Below, in pieces: positions 49,101 through 62,528 of a stretch of 64,000 nt of DNA. Within the stretch, counting starts at the first letter, position 1; the number at the start of each line of letters is the position of its first letter. The position numbers and the translations under genes were made by a program. This DNA is from Paraphysomonas bandaiensis (lineage: Eukaryota; Protista; Chrysophyceae). The stretch spans positions 186,001 through 250,000 of the forward strand of contig CBFFRP010000377.1 in NCBI GenBank assembly GCA_965644295.1, given 5' to 3'. The notes beneath the pieces were generated by a model. That model did no database searches and was not told the DNA's origin. It worked only from the letters and a program-made list of their open reading frames with translations.

Positions 49101-51407
49101 GGCGTGTCTCGTGTTGTATGTGACACCCGAGTCCCATATCGCTGCAACAGATACTCTCTTATCTGCTGACTAATAAGTTCGGATCCTCCATCGGCATGAT
49201 ACTCCACTATACGGTTCCACCCCTCGTACTTCACTAAGTGGACCTCGCACAAGTGTCGTAGACATTTGAACACCTCCTCTCCGCTTCGAGTCCTCAATCC
49301 ATATTCCCATATCATCTTTGTTGCTAAGTCCGTGAATAGGAGCACGTACTTATACCCTTGTCTGGATTCACAATTCAGGTAGACTGAGATGTCCGCTGTC
49401 ACTCGTTCCAGAAACCTGACTGCGCTTAGCTCTTCGTTGTCCCGTGATTTGAACGAATGCCTGGTTATCTTCGCCTTGGCACACCATTTACACAGGGGTT
49501 TCTTGCAACTCTTCTCCTTTGCCTTCGAAAGGTGATGTCGTTGTAGTCCTGATCCTCTGAATAACATGTGTCGGTGAGCTTCTAATAACTTCGATTTCGA
49601 GACATGTCCAGTACGCTCATGTAAGCGATCCAACGCATCTTGTCCTGTATTATCCGACAAATTTACCTCCTCCATCTGATTGCACATAGACACATTTGGC
49701 AGATTTAACACCTCCATCAAGTCCACATACGGCATTCCTCCATGCTCATCGTACTCTCCAGTCAACACCTCGTTTCCAGAGTCCAATTCCACGATTTTAG
49801 GCTTTCGAAGCAGTTGTAATCCGTATCCCATTGATCTCAGCATTCCTCCTGACACAATGTTCTTCACCGCTTCCTCACTAACTCTGATGTCTCTCCATTC
49901 CCCGAATGTACCAGCCCCCTGTGTCTCCAATTGAGAACCCTTTCTAGTTAGTTGGATTGCCCCAAACTCAGGAGTAAATGACTCCAGTGCAATTTTATCC
50001 TTTACTATAAACAGTCTTTTACTTGCACAACTGTCCAGATATACACGAGGTTCTTCCGACGTATCCACCGATAGCAAAACCTCTTCTCCAAACATATTCG
50101 CTTCATCATCCGACGACTCTCCGTCGTTGACGTATTTCTTCCATTCTGTCTCGAATTTCCTGTTCGATTTTCGAGGATTCTCATTATCCGGGTTTTTTAT
50201 GTTCTTCCGTTTTTTCGACTTGCACTGTCGGGCTTTATGACTAAAATCTCCACAGATATGACAACCAGTATAATCCTTTGATCCTGGCTGCTGCACACTC
50301 TTCGAAGCCTTTTCCTTTGTCTTCCCTTTTCTTTTGAACTTATCCATTTTTCTTTGTCGTTCCTTAGCATAACAATTCGCTGCTACATGTCCCTTCTTCC
50401 GACAAAATGAACAAACCACTGGCTCCTTCGACGCCGTAAAATTGATCTCTTCAGATTTGTCTCCCTTTAGTTTCTTCAGCTGCGTCATAGCCTCGTCATA
50501 CTCTTCACAAGCCTCTTTCACCGAATCAAATGTAGTTGTTGCTTTAGGCATCATCGCTACCGACATCCATAAATCATGTAATTCCTCTATCTGCAGCGCT
50601 GCTTTTATCTTTGCTAATTTACTTGCCTCTGTCTGCGGTTGTCCCAATTTTATGAGCTTCTGGATTATACCGTTCAGTCGATCTACCCCAACAGACACCT
50701 TTTCCCCCGGCCTTATTTTGAACGAATGGTATTCTGCCGTAGTCTTCTCCAATACAGTCCCAATCTCGCCTCTGAACCTATCAACCAGTGTCTGAAGGAG
50801 CTCACTGGATAACACCTCCTTAGCAGGATCATCAGCAGGTAAAATTGCCTTCCCCTCCAAATATTGATTGGCTACCTCCAACACATCAGGGTCATGCTCG
50901 CAAGCCTCCCAAATAGTACTAACACAGGTATCATTACGCTCTCTCCATGACTCTAAATTCCTTCCTCCGGCTGGCGGGTCCTCCAAGCCAAGATGGTTTC
51001 GGTTTTTCTTCATTAGATGCATCTTGATTTTTCTCGCTGAATAGTCTGCTTGGTTCTTGTCAAACCGTAGCTTCTTGTCATCTTCCCCATCCCTACAACT
51101 AGCATTCGCTACCATAACAGAAGTTGACATTATTTGCTAAGGTTTACTATTCTCAACTGATAAGATGAAATTATAAACATTACATGATAAAGAACCTAAG
51201 TTGTGTTCGATGTGTTCAACACCATTCATTTACTACTATAGTGTACAAACCACCCACTCAGTGATCGTATCCTGTATAGTCATCCACTTCTACTTCAGTT
51301 TCATACTACATAATATAATGTACTAATTACATATATATCTTTCGATCCTTGCATCTCACATAATACTGCACTCAATTGCAAGTATATAGAATCTTCAGAT
51401 CTCAACA
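46114..51407 (-). mobile_element. Copia-3: Ty1/Copia LTR retrotransposon with TG..TA LTR ends
   Basis: 293-bp LTRs at 46114-46406 and 51115-51407 with one mismatch seen (46253 A vs 51254 C). TSD TTGGT at 46109-46113 and 51408-51412. PBS TGGTAGCGAA. PPT GAGGGGGAG. Confidence 0.97.
46533..51130 (-). pseudogene. Copia-3 gag-pol with a 1-bp frameshift in integrase (~48912-48916)
   Basis: Two Zn knuckles, YLDSCAS, HHCC, TAD/HAD/SER, YVDD, TDADWA. The frame changes in a G5 run: ECVPGG|SVPSLSWLRKWGC. Confidence 0.88.
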
Positions 51408-51703
51408 TTGGTTGGATGGCGAACTCGTTTGCCGTTTCACATCATAATTCTACTCGACTTTCAACTATAATATCCTGTATTAACATGGTATTTCAGTGTC
51501 TTGATTTTTAGCATTTAATGCTAATGTATATTGTTCTTATGGACAAAGAACACATTAGTAGTTACACACTTCGTCACGTACTCCAACAAGCAGTCCGTTT
51601 AAGTTTCAGTCAGAATAAAGCATGTTAAGTAATGCGATCGTCGTAAATATAATATATAATATGAAAGCAGCACCTATACTATTAATACGCATTATTTCTA
51701 GTG

Positions 51704-53077
51704 TCATACATTTTCCAGAAGCTGAACATCCTCGTTACTATCGAATCGCAACAGAGTGTCGGACAGCATACTGTTGTTTGATGACGCTCGTTCGATATCG
51801 AGGCTTGAGCTTTCCTTTCGAGTTGGCAAAGGAGGTTCCGGATGAATATTTTTGATGTACCTGCGCATTAATACTTAGTTGACACATGCATACAACACAA
51901 GATCAAGCCATCTCACCTAAATGTGGCATGTCCTATGATAATAATAATCACAAAGTTAATGACCCATAGTAGCATTGATATCTGAATTCAAATTAAATGA
52001 CACGTAGTTAGTGCGTAACTCCACAAAGCAAATCAATATATCTTACTAGGCCAGTGTTTATATATACGTTAGTATTGTGTCTGGATCGGCCATGCTCCCA
52101 GTTGAGAAAGGCAATGGCAAGACACACCCCGCAGTTGACCACAGGTGGGAGAAGGGATGCGGATATAGCCGTTCCCACTATCACATTAAACCCACCACGA
52201 GAAAGTGCAAGTACTACCCCCATACCCGAGGCTGCCGCAACCACTACCCCAAGCAGTAACCCACTCGCTGAACACCAGTACCACTTCACCCGAGTCATCT
52301 ATACAGAAGCCCACTCACCTTTGCCTCTGGACATCATCTCTTCGCTTCTAAAGTCGGCCCCATAGACAGGATATGCACAAAGACCCATCACCACACCAAC
52401 AATAAGGGAAATTAGCACCCCCAAGAATTCATTTCGAAGGCCCCGGTGGATGATATGCATCTTCATCGTCGCGAAACCAAATGTTATTGAGAGGATCGGT
52501 CCCATCAGTGGCGATACTATAACCAATTAAGGGAGATATATAAAAGTCGACAATCGCTATACCTAGCATAGATGCTATGACAGCTGTTGGGCTGTCACCA
52601 AGCAAACCAGCTCCGGCAATGACAGAAGCCACAGCGAGAAGGGCCATGTAATCGAAGGTCATGTGGTTTCCATCTTCTACCACATCCTTTGAGTGACACG
52701 ACCAAAATTTCAAATAATGAGATATAATTTGGTACAAAGTTTAAAGCAGCAGATACCTCGATTTCATCTACGGTCATTCGATCACTGATAGAGTATAGCT
52801 TCCGGCTAGGAATAGTGTTGTCTTTAAAGCTTATGATTGGCCTCGTTGCTATAAGCGAGAACACATCCACAGTACCATACACTTTCCCGCACCCCACATC
52901 TGCAAGCCGGATGAGAACATCCTCGAGATGCTTTGATTGTACTTTAAAGCTAATGTGAACAGAGTCGACGGTGTTGAATCGGACCACTTTGAACACCTTC
53001 TTAGACGAGTACAATATGTCCAACACTGTCCCGGCTTGGGGCTGATGAACAACAACATTCACATGTCTCGTCGTCAT
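51704..53077 (-). CDS. DUF389-family membrane protein, multi-exon
   Basis: Motifs TFDYM..ASVIAGAGLLGDS..VIASML|VSPLMGPI and VGTAISASLLPPVVNCG, with multiple TM segments. Confidence 0.85.
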
Positions 53078-53348
53078 TTAAAATAACAATAAGCAACTAT
53101 TCGATTAGGGATGAACTGGGTGCAGCCACCTCTCATGCAACTGGAAGCATATCACATGCAGCAAAATCTCATCATGATGTACAATCCAGCACTTCATGTA
53201 TCTACACAGAAATACATATGTATAGATGCGTACTTATATCAACACACCACACCATGTACAGTATTGGACAGCAAAAAATGTATGGTGCTGTGTAGGTACA
53301 TATGTATGTACAGAGTATGTATGTATATATGTATGTATGTATGTACAG

Positions 53349-53692
53349 TATGTATGTATGTATGTATGTATGTATGTATGTATGTATGTATGTATGTATG
53401 TATGTATGTATGTATGTATGTATGTATGTATGTATGTATGTATGTATGTATGTATGTATGTATGTATGTATGTATGTATGTATGTATGTATGTATGTATG
53501 TATGTATGTATGTATGTATGTATGTATGTATGTATGTATGTATGTATGTATGTATGTATGTATGTATGTATGTATGTATGTATGTATGTATGTATGTATG
53601 TATGTATGTATGTATGTATGTATGTATGTATGTATGTATGTATGTATGTATGTATGTATGTATGTATGTATATATGTATGTATGTATGTATG

Positions 53693-53758
<66 letters not shown>

Positions 53759-54056
53759 TGTATGTATGTATGTATGTATGTATGTATGTATGTATGTATG
53801 TATGTATGTATGTATGTATGTATGTATGTATGTATGTATGTATGTATGTATGTATGTATGTATGTATGTATGTATGTATGTATGTATGTATGTATGTATG
53901 TATGTATGTATGTATGTATGTATGTATGTATGTATGTATGTATGTATGTATGTATGTATGTATGTATGTATGTATGTATGTATGTATGTATGTATGTATG
54001 TATGTATGTATGTATGTATGTATGTATGTATGTATGTATGTATGTATGTATGTATG
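53349..54056. repeat. (TATG)n microsatellite, ~700 bp with three TATA interruptions
   Basis: Read directly from the sequence. Confidence 0.99.
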
Positions 54057-54073
54057 CACAGAGTATGTATGTA

Positions 54074-54250
54074 CAGGGGGTGGTTGTGCATATCGATTTC
54101 ATCGATTTGTTCATCGTTTATTTCATTGAAAAATCATCGTTTTTTCATTAAAAAGTCGCTTTTTTTCACTTTTCACTGAAAAAACGATGATTTTTCGATG
54201 AAATAAACGGTGAACAAATCGATGAAATCGATATGCACAACCACCCCCAG
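54074..54250. mobile_element. Tc1/mariner-type (Stowaway-like) MITE, 177 bp
   Basis: ~72-74 bp TIRs CAGGGGGTGGTTGTGCATATCG...CGATATGCACAACCACCCCCAG, flanked by TA on both sides (54072-54073, 54251-54252). Confidence 0.85.
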
Positions 54251-54591
54251 TATGTATGTGCACAGAGTATGTATGAATGTATATATACAGAGTAGTATGG
54301 TATGACGCACACTTCTGCTCACTGTGAGCCACCCAATTTCTTGTCCCGCAACAGAAGTATAAATATCCCAATTTTGTCGTGAAAATCGTCTACCTAAAAT
54401 ATGACTATTTTGTTGATATGTACTTGTACATACAGAGACGCCGTCCCGTCCTCTCTGGAGATACAGCCACTCTGTAGTCGTATTTGCTTTCTTGTTGTAT
54501 GGTTTAACAACAATCATTGCGTAGACAAGTAGTGTCTTTTGTTATCAATTGAATAGAGGTGTTGTGGAGCTGTGTCTACATTTAATTCTCA

Positions 54592-57500
54592 ATGGTTCAG
54601 TGGACAGGGAAGCGTATTGTGAAGCTCTCTCTCTTCAGGCAGGTTAACACAGCTGTGGTGGGGAGCATCGGACTAGAGCATGTGCTCTTCATGTGCCTCT
54701 ATGTCGTGTCTCTCTACTATTGCTATATCACTATTGGGGAGCAGCATTTGGAGGCTCTGTCTCGAGCTGAGGCGCAGAATATTGATATATTTGATGACTC
54801 GGAAAAGCTCCGTAACAGTGCGGAGAAATTCTTCGCAGGAGAGTCAGTAGAGGAGGACCCTTCTACTCCTGGAATTAGAATTCCTTCAAAATGGCTACCT
54901 GGTTTCTGGCCAAGTGTCAGTTTCGGTGTTATATGTATTTTACATGCTTTGATGGTGCTCGGACAGATGTGGTCTGTATCGTTTCGTTGTTTGATTCGGT
55001 TTCGTAAGGTGGACAATGTTAATGACGCCACTCACGCCCATGTTACGCCCCAGAAGCATCAAGGCAAAGAAGAGCTAGTAGAGCTTCAGCGTGTTGATAA
55101 CTCCACATTCATGGAATTCCATCGTAGAAAGTATATCTATGATCCCAAGCAGGATTCTTTCGTAAAAGTCAGATGTCGTGTGAACTACCCCCTACGACAT
55201 TTTATCAGATGGGGTGGAATACCTAGTCTGGATGTGTGCACTCAGTTAAGAAATCTACATGGTCCGAACAAATTTCAAATGAGAACGCCAGCATTCATGG
55301 AACTGTACTATGCTCAGATTACGTCGCCTTTCACCGTCTTCCAGATATTCTGCATCGTGCTATGGATGCTGGACGACTACTGGCAGTACTCACTTTTCAC
55401 CCTTTTTATGATTTGTTCATTTGAAGCGACAACTGTTTTTTCCCGGCTCAAGAGTATAGGAGCTCTCAAAGGAATGGGCAACGAACCCCGCCCCATATTC
55501 GTGCATCGGTGTGGTGAATGGCGAGAGGTGAGTACGGAAGAGCTTTTACCCGGTGACTTGTTTTCGCTGACAAAGCATGAGAAAGACGATGTTATTCCTT
55601 GTGATGCTCTCATTGTGCGAGGGGGTGCTGTGGTCAATGAATCAACCCTCACTGGAGAGAGTGTACCCCAGATGAAGGATGGGCTTGCCTCAGGTAGTCT
55701 GGGCGCTGTCGGCATTGATGATGACAGTCTCGATGAGGAAATTAGCATCAAGGGTCAACACAAAGTACATGCTTTATTTGGGGGCACCAGAGTGTTACAA
55801 GTAACCTCAGTGGCTGCTAGGACTGCGGAATTCGAGGAGGACCTCGCTGATGAGGAGGAGGCCGCCGAGGAAGTGGAGCCCCCAAGTTGTAGTGAGCAAG
55901 GAAATTGTGAATCAGTGGACCCTCTTAGCCCTCCGGACGGAGGTTGTCTTTGCTATTGCACGCGAACTGGATTTAGTTCTTCCCAGGGCAAGCTCGTGCG
56001 GATGATTGAACACTCCACGGCATCTGTGTCTGGGGACACGCGGGACACCGTACTTCTCCTCCTCCTGTTGCTGGTTTTTGCGCTTTCCGCCTCTGGTTAC
56101 GTCCTCTACAAGGGAATGCAGGATGACTCTAGGTCAAAGTACCAATTGCTTCTACATTGCATCCTTATCATCACATCCGTCATTCCGCCTGAGCTTCCCA
56201 TGCAAACCGCATTAGCAGTGAATGCCTCATTGATGACTTTGATGAAGATGCAAATATTCTGCACTGAGCCCTTCCGTGTACCGATTGCGGGGAAAGTGGA
56301 CACATGCGTCTTCGACAAAACGGGAACTCTAACTACTGACGAGCTGGTAGCTGTGGGTATTGTTTCCCCGTTGGTACGAGTGGAGCACCTTAGGAAACTT
56401 CACGAGGAGGCGATACTGGCAATGGAGAAATCTGCTAGAGAGCAGACTAGGACAGGACCCGCCTCCAAGCGTGGCAGCGATGCACCATCTTCTGCGCCTT
56501 CCGTTGTATCTGCTGCCACGGCGGGAATGACCCCCATTTCTGAAGCCTTCCCTGATGCGACCCTCGTTCTCGGGGCCTGCCACTCTGTTGTTCTGGTTGA
56601 CGGTAAACCTGCTGGTGATCCGTTAGAGGTTGCGTCGCTGAAGGCGATCAAGTGGGAGATTCCTCCTGTGGGCAAAGACTGTGCCAGACCAAAACCTGAA
56701 ACTATGGTGGAGCGACAGGTTAAAGTGCACACTCTAGACTCTGGTGATGTACCTATTACTCAAGTCAAGATACTCTCCCGACATCATTTCAGCAGCAAGC
56801 TGCAACGCATGAGCGTCGTCGCACGGGTAAAGGGTGACTCTGGGGGCGCTTGGGCTCTTGTCAAGGGTAGCCCGGATGCCTTGAGCGTAATGTGTGTAGA
56901 TTGCCCACCGGACTACCACAAAGTTGCTGCAGATTTAGCCAAACGTGGGATGAGAGTTATTGCTCTTGGTTTAAGGCGATTGGTAAGTCCTGAGGAGATC
57001 CAGAACTGCTGCGACTCCAGAGCCAGTACTGAAACTAACCTCAGGTTTGCTGGTTTTGTTGCGTTCACCTGTCGCGTCAGAAAGGATACAGCAACTTGTG
57101 TTCAGAACTTGCGCAAGGGTGGAAACGCTGTCATCATGGCAACCGGGGATGCAACATTGACAGCCGTTCATGTCGCACAGGAGGTGGGGATTACGAGCTC
57201 CTCCAAAAAGGGCATTCTTATTCTCGAAGGAAAAGATACTGGCTTTCAGTGGATAGACTATGATTCTGGGGATGTAGCTGGCGTTGTGTTTTCAGTGGAG
57301 TCAATGCCCTCTGTTGCGAGGGACTATGACTTGTGTGTTACTGGTGCCACACTTAACGCTGTTACGGAAAAATTCCCGGGAATAGCCGCACACATGGATA
57401 AGTTCGTAGTTTACGCTCGAATGAGACCTGACGAAAAAGAGAGAGTAATATTAGCCATGAAAAACCATGGAAATACGGTGCTTATGTGCGGCGACGGTAG

Positions 57501-59244
57501 CAACGACGTGGGGGCTCTTAAACAGGCGCACGTTGGCGTAGCTCTGCTGAGCGGGTTTGGAGACCTCAATGTTTCACGGGAAAAGGGGACAGATGAAGCG
57601 GCAAAGAAGGAAGGAGGCGCGGATGCGAAAAAGCATCCTGTGACAGCTCTCATGACTCACCAGGACTTTGAGGTGTGTGTATATGTGGAGTATAATTCCC
57701 CTCTCATAGCTTTTTTTGAAGGAGCTAAAACGAATGCGAGTCCAGGAAATTAAGACGCGATTGCGGCAAATAGGAGTGGAACCAGACGACTTCCCTGATT
57801 GTGTGGAGAAGAACGACCTAATTGAGTTGTACCGCAAGAAATCAGCGGCCAAAGCCCAGGAGAACCACGATCTCAAGCGACAGAAAGAGCTGATGAAGAT
57901 GAATCCTAAGGTCGAATATGTTCACTGGTTGAATTTCCTATATGTAAGGCTCATGTTGTACAGGAAAGACAAAAGTTTCTTGCGGAAGAGCGAAAAGCCC
58001 TGGCAATTAAGCAGCAGGAGGACTTTAAGAAGGAGTATGATGAACTTCTTGCCAAGGGGGAAAGTTGGGCGATGATGAAAGCAATGCAGAATGTTTGGAA
58101 GCGTAACATGGAGGAGGCAAAGAAGAAATCTAAAGATAATTCTCTAACTGGCTCAGCTGGACGAATGGCGGCATTGATGGACGAAATGGAGGGGATGGAG
58201 GATTTGGAGACACCCATGGTTAAGATTGGAGATGCCAGTGTAGCGTCTCCTTTTACATCAAAAATGCCCTCTATCAAGGGCACCGTTGATATCATTCGAC
58301 AGGGGCGGTGCACCCTAGTGACGACCATACAAATGTACCAAATACTGGCTCTCAATTGCCTTATCAACGCCTACTCTTTGTCTGTTCTTCACTTGGACGG
58401 TGTAAAATATGGGGACAGACAAATGACTTCTCTTGGGATTCTTATGTCGGTCTCTTTCGTTACCATTTCTCGGTCCAAACCTCTCGATCAGCTGTCTTCA
58501 GTTCTCCCACTGAAATCTGTTTTCCACCCTGCGTTATTTTTTAGCCTTTTGGGACAATTTGCCCTTCATATTGGTACTATGTACTTCTTAGTGAAAGAGT
58601 GCAAATCTTACCTACCTGAGGATCACGTTGTCGAACTCGACAGTGAGTTCAAGCCAAACATCGTTAATTCCGTTGTTTTTTTGGTTACGGCTGTTCAGCA
58701 GGTTAGCGTGTTCGTTGTTAATCTAAAAGGTCCCCCTTTCATGGGCGGGCTTGTACAGAACACACCTTTGCTGTGGTCGTTGGTGATAACATTCGTCGGT
58801 ACTTTCCTTCTTGCCTCCGAGTCGATTCCGCAACTGAATTCCGGGTTACAACTGGAACCATTCCCATCCGTTGCATTCCGGAACATGGTCCTACTATGCC
58901 TTGCAGTGGATGTGGCAGGAGCCTTTTTATGGGACCGTTTTTTGTTGGGGTTACTGGCATTTCCAGTTTTGAAAGCTTCTCTCGAGAATACCACACGCAA
59001 AGAAATAATGAGCATTATGCGAGTGGTGGCAATCGTATGTGCTGCATTGTATTATCTGGCCTCGCAGGACTACACCGAGCTGTTAGAGGAGATGGAACGA
59101 CAGGAGGCTGCAGCAAAATTGGCGGAGGGTGGATCCGCTGCAGCTGATAGTGGTAGTGCTGGGTGGATGGAGTACTCAGCATCTGAAGGAGAGAGTGCTA
59201 GCATGTTCGAGCGCACAGTTTCTAGTGTTGGTAAAGAGTTGTAG
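54592..59244 (+). CDS. ATP13A1: P5A-type ATPase (ATP13A1/Spf1), 3 exons
   Basis: Motifs LTGESVP, PPELP, FDKTGTLT, GDPLE, MCGDGSNDVGALKQAHVG, GDASVASPFTSK, GRCTLVTTIQMYQILALNCLI. Introns start at ~57673 and ~57911. Confidence 0.95.
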
Positions 59245-59733
59245 TTCTAATAGAGCTGATCGTTTATAAGTCGGAAATATCCTATATAATAAATTCGAAT
59301 TCTCATATCGACCTTGTTGGAGATAGAAATTGAAATATAAAATTGTTGAATTGTTAAGACAACCTATGCTGTCATGCTACATATATTAACAATGCATCTT
59401 GTTGGGGTACGTGGCATGGCCAAGCACATGACAAGTAACACAAGAAGAAGACGCCGTACTCTGGATGCTAATAGAGGTCGTTTCAAGGTTCATGATAGAT
59501 TATTAGAGTAAATACTACATCTGGAGACAGTGTAAAGCAATCTGTGCACTTGAATATTCAAGAGATGTCAACAAAAAGTGGTTAGTTCATCGACTTCATA
59601 GAGGGTTACTCGAATATGGCATTGACACGAAATGGAGTAGTGATGGCTGGCAGAAAAGTAGGGAGAAGAGAGTGTTGGAATATGTATGGTTCTCTAAGAT
59701 AGTACTGTGTACTGTAGAATACGTTAAATACAA

Positions 59734-60206
59734 CCCTCAACAAAGTCGGACTTGCGCCTTTTCATGGTGTTCTGGGGGATAAGTACCGGAGAGATTCTCT
59801 CTCTGGGAAACTAACGTGAGCCGCAAACATAGTCAGCAGATATTATTCTGCCCACTCATAGCCGAATGCTTGTGTGGTACAAGGGACACCAATAATTTTC
59901 ACATGTGTAGACGTCTTTAAGCCCTGACGAATAAACAGGCATCCGGGACAGGACCCACCTGAAGGGTAACCGGTAACCGGGGTATTGGGCTGCCTGCTGA
60001 TGTCAAGCATCCGGGGTGGTCGCCCCTTCTTGGTGCTTGCGGCGACGCACAAGCAGCTTCCGTAGCATTAAATAGTAGGATAAAAAAAGTATGTACTGAT
60101 TAATTACAGGTAGAGGTCTAACTAGTTTGTCTAGCATTCATCTATAGCTACTAAGTTGGTGCAGGTTGTTAACGCCTATTGCTAATAATAAGACTTTCAA
60201 TATAAT
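59734..60206 (+). mobile_element. Family-X element, full-length copy
   Basis: Starts CCCTCAACAAAGTCGG. 15-bp TSD ATACGTTAAATACAA at 59719-59733 and 60207-60221. Closely matches 44968-45430. Confidence 0.93.
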
Positions 60207-62029
60207 ATACGTTAAATACAATGTCTCTACCTCAACATGCTGAAGGAGGCACTGACTATGGCACTATATGTTTGATGCTAAAAGACGTCAGAAATTTGTT
60301 TTGAGATTGAAGTGGATGCGTGTCGGAACGGCCATGGCATCATGTCGGAGAGGTAATATTATTGCTACAATGAGATGAAGAATACAATAGAATTCCTGTA
60401 GTAAAATACAAAAGCCAAGTACTCACAGCTACTGAAAGAGTATTGTCTTGTTATGCCTCACGTGATAGCTATCTGTGTGTTGGGAAGTATATATATGGGG
60501 GCACTTGACGTGGATATAGATACAGATTATCAGTTTGATATTATAATATTATATATGTATTATACATATTATATGTAAACGAGACAATAATGATCACAAT
60601 TATAAATGCGGTATCTATTGGACTTAATTTATGTCGGTGAATTTTAAGCTTCACTCTGTTAGCAACAGACGAAGAATATGGACTCGCGGTATCAAGGCTG
60701 CAGCAGTGAGGAGAGGAATCAACAACGTAGTACTTATTAGCTGATGATATGAATGGGAGAAAAGGGTTAGGGTTAGGGTATAATGAACGACACTACTGTG
60801 GTGATGAAAAAGAAGGTTTCTAATCAAAATAAATGACTACCGTGGCAATCAGCAAGAGAAGACTATTAAGGAGTGCACTTGAGGGAGAATATATATCATA
60901 ACAAAGTACCTTCTTCAGAGAGGCTGGGAGATTCTCACAGAGTACTTCTTCCACGAGCTCAAAGGACCCAGTGCAGAACAATCTTCATAGAGAGCGGACT
61001 GAGACGATTCCAAAGTCACCAAAATCTGAGAGAATAGGAGAGGGAATGTTGTACCGCTGAGAGGTAGTGTATGACGTGTACTGGTTGAGTGATGTATATG
61101 TTGAGCTGGGTGAATACTGTATCATGAGATAATAGTATGTGTGGCGTGAATAGGTTCTATGATGACTATATATATTGTGTACAGAGTTATACTGCTACAA
61201 TGTGTGTTATATCTCGTTATTAGCGGTGTGAATACATTTTATAAATATTGTTATACAACGTGTGTCTCACGATGAGCTGAGCGAAGACTCAGTATACTCA
61301 TTATGTACCGCTGAGAGATAGTGTATGACGTGTGTTGATTGAGTGATCTATATGTTGAACTGACTGAATACTTTAGTAATAGATATGTGTGACCTATTGG
61401 TTATGTGATGGTTATGTAATATGATGTATTAGGGTATAGATAGCACTACTACTGTATGTATAATGTAACCGTTGCATTCTCACTTTTAATATAAAATTTA
61501 TTAAATGTCTCTAAAATCATGTTCTCTTTACACCTACTACATTATTAATTGCTAAATGCAACAAAACTTCAACTTAAATCAATATTTTCAAAATTTCACC
61601 AGGTTTCGACCGCTTTACCAGGTTTGGGCATCATATCAACTTTTATTAACAAGAATTAAAATTAGATAAGAATAGAGGGAGCAGGTAAAATAGCTGCAAC
61701 ACCCTTCTCTCAGATAATTAATCATCTGTTGAGCTCAATAATATTATACCCAATGAGCGATTATATATATATATATTATATAATACCAAAGTAATATATA
61801 TATATATAGTAGTAATTCATAAGCTCAACATTGTCCATATGATGGTATAGATAGTATATATATATAAAATAATATATTATATTATACAGTGATGAATGTA
61901 TAATATAATATTATTATGATTATAATGATGACCCTTCTAAAATATGTTTATTTAAAATCTGAAGCTTGTGTATTACCATGTGATATAATATTATATTATA
62001 AAATACTATAATTACTTAAGGTAAAATAA

Positions 62030-62528
62030 CCCTCAACAAAGTCGGACTCGCACCTTTTTCGTGGTGTTCTGGGGGATAATAACCAAAACTGGACAACTCA
62101 CGTGGCGCTATAAATATGATATCATCTATCTCTAGTTACGTTTACATGTCCTAGGAAGTTTTAAACTATATACATATATTATTATTACTATTTAGTTATT
62201 AGTTATATATATTATATTATATATATATTATACTACTACAGGCATGATGTATGTGGTTACATCGTGTTGCGTTCTGGCTTTGGTATACCTACAAAGTCAA
62301 GCGTCTGGGAGGACCACCTTAAGGACTAAAACCTACAGAAATTCAGCAGATGTCAGGTATATATATCAACCCCATGCCTTCTCACCTCGTGTGCTTTGAA
62401 TGATTGATAGCGTTGGTGACTCCACAGTGACGCACAAATAGTAGGATATTAACATCAGTATTTATTAGGTTATTTCAATCTAGTATCCCCTTGCTTACAC
62501 GTCTACTGCTAAATAAACAGACATTCAA
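62030..62528 (+). mobile_element. Family-X element, degenerate copy
   Basis: Intact CCCTCAACAAAGTCGGACTCGCACC start, with scattered matches further on (CACCTTAAGGAC, CAGATGTCAGGTATAT, AAATAGTAGGATAT, GACATTCA). Confidence 0.7.

Noticed and set aside
54062-54262. Apparent 14-bp TSD around the MITE
   Set aside because: It is explained by the local TATG/CACAGAG tandem context. A TA duplication with CAG ends fits better.
60764-60778. GGGTTAGGGTTAGGG telomere-like motif
   Set aside because: Only ~2.5 units, too short to call an interstitial telomere.
61050-61372. Diverged ~65-bp direct repeat (TGTACCGCTGAGAG.TAGTGTATGACGTGT) at ~61050 and ~61304
   Set aside because: There are only two copies with no TSD or internal ORF. 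It is not a CRISPR or LTR structure and is probably an old local duplication.
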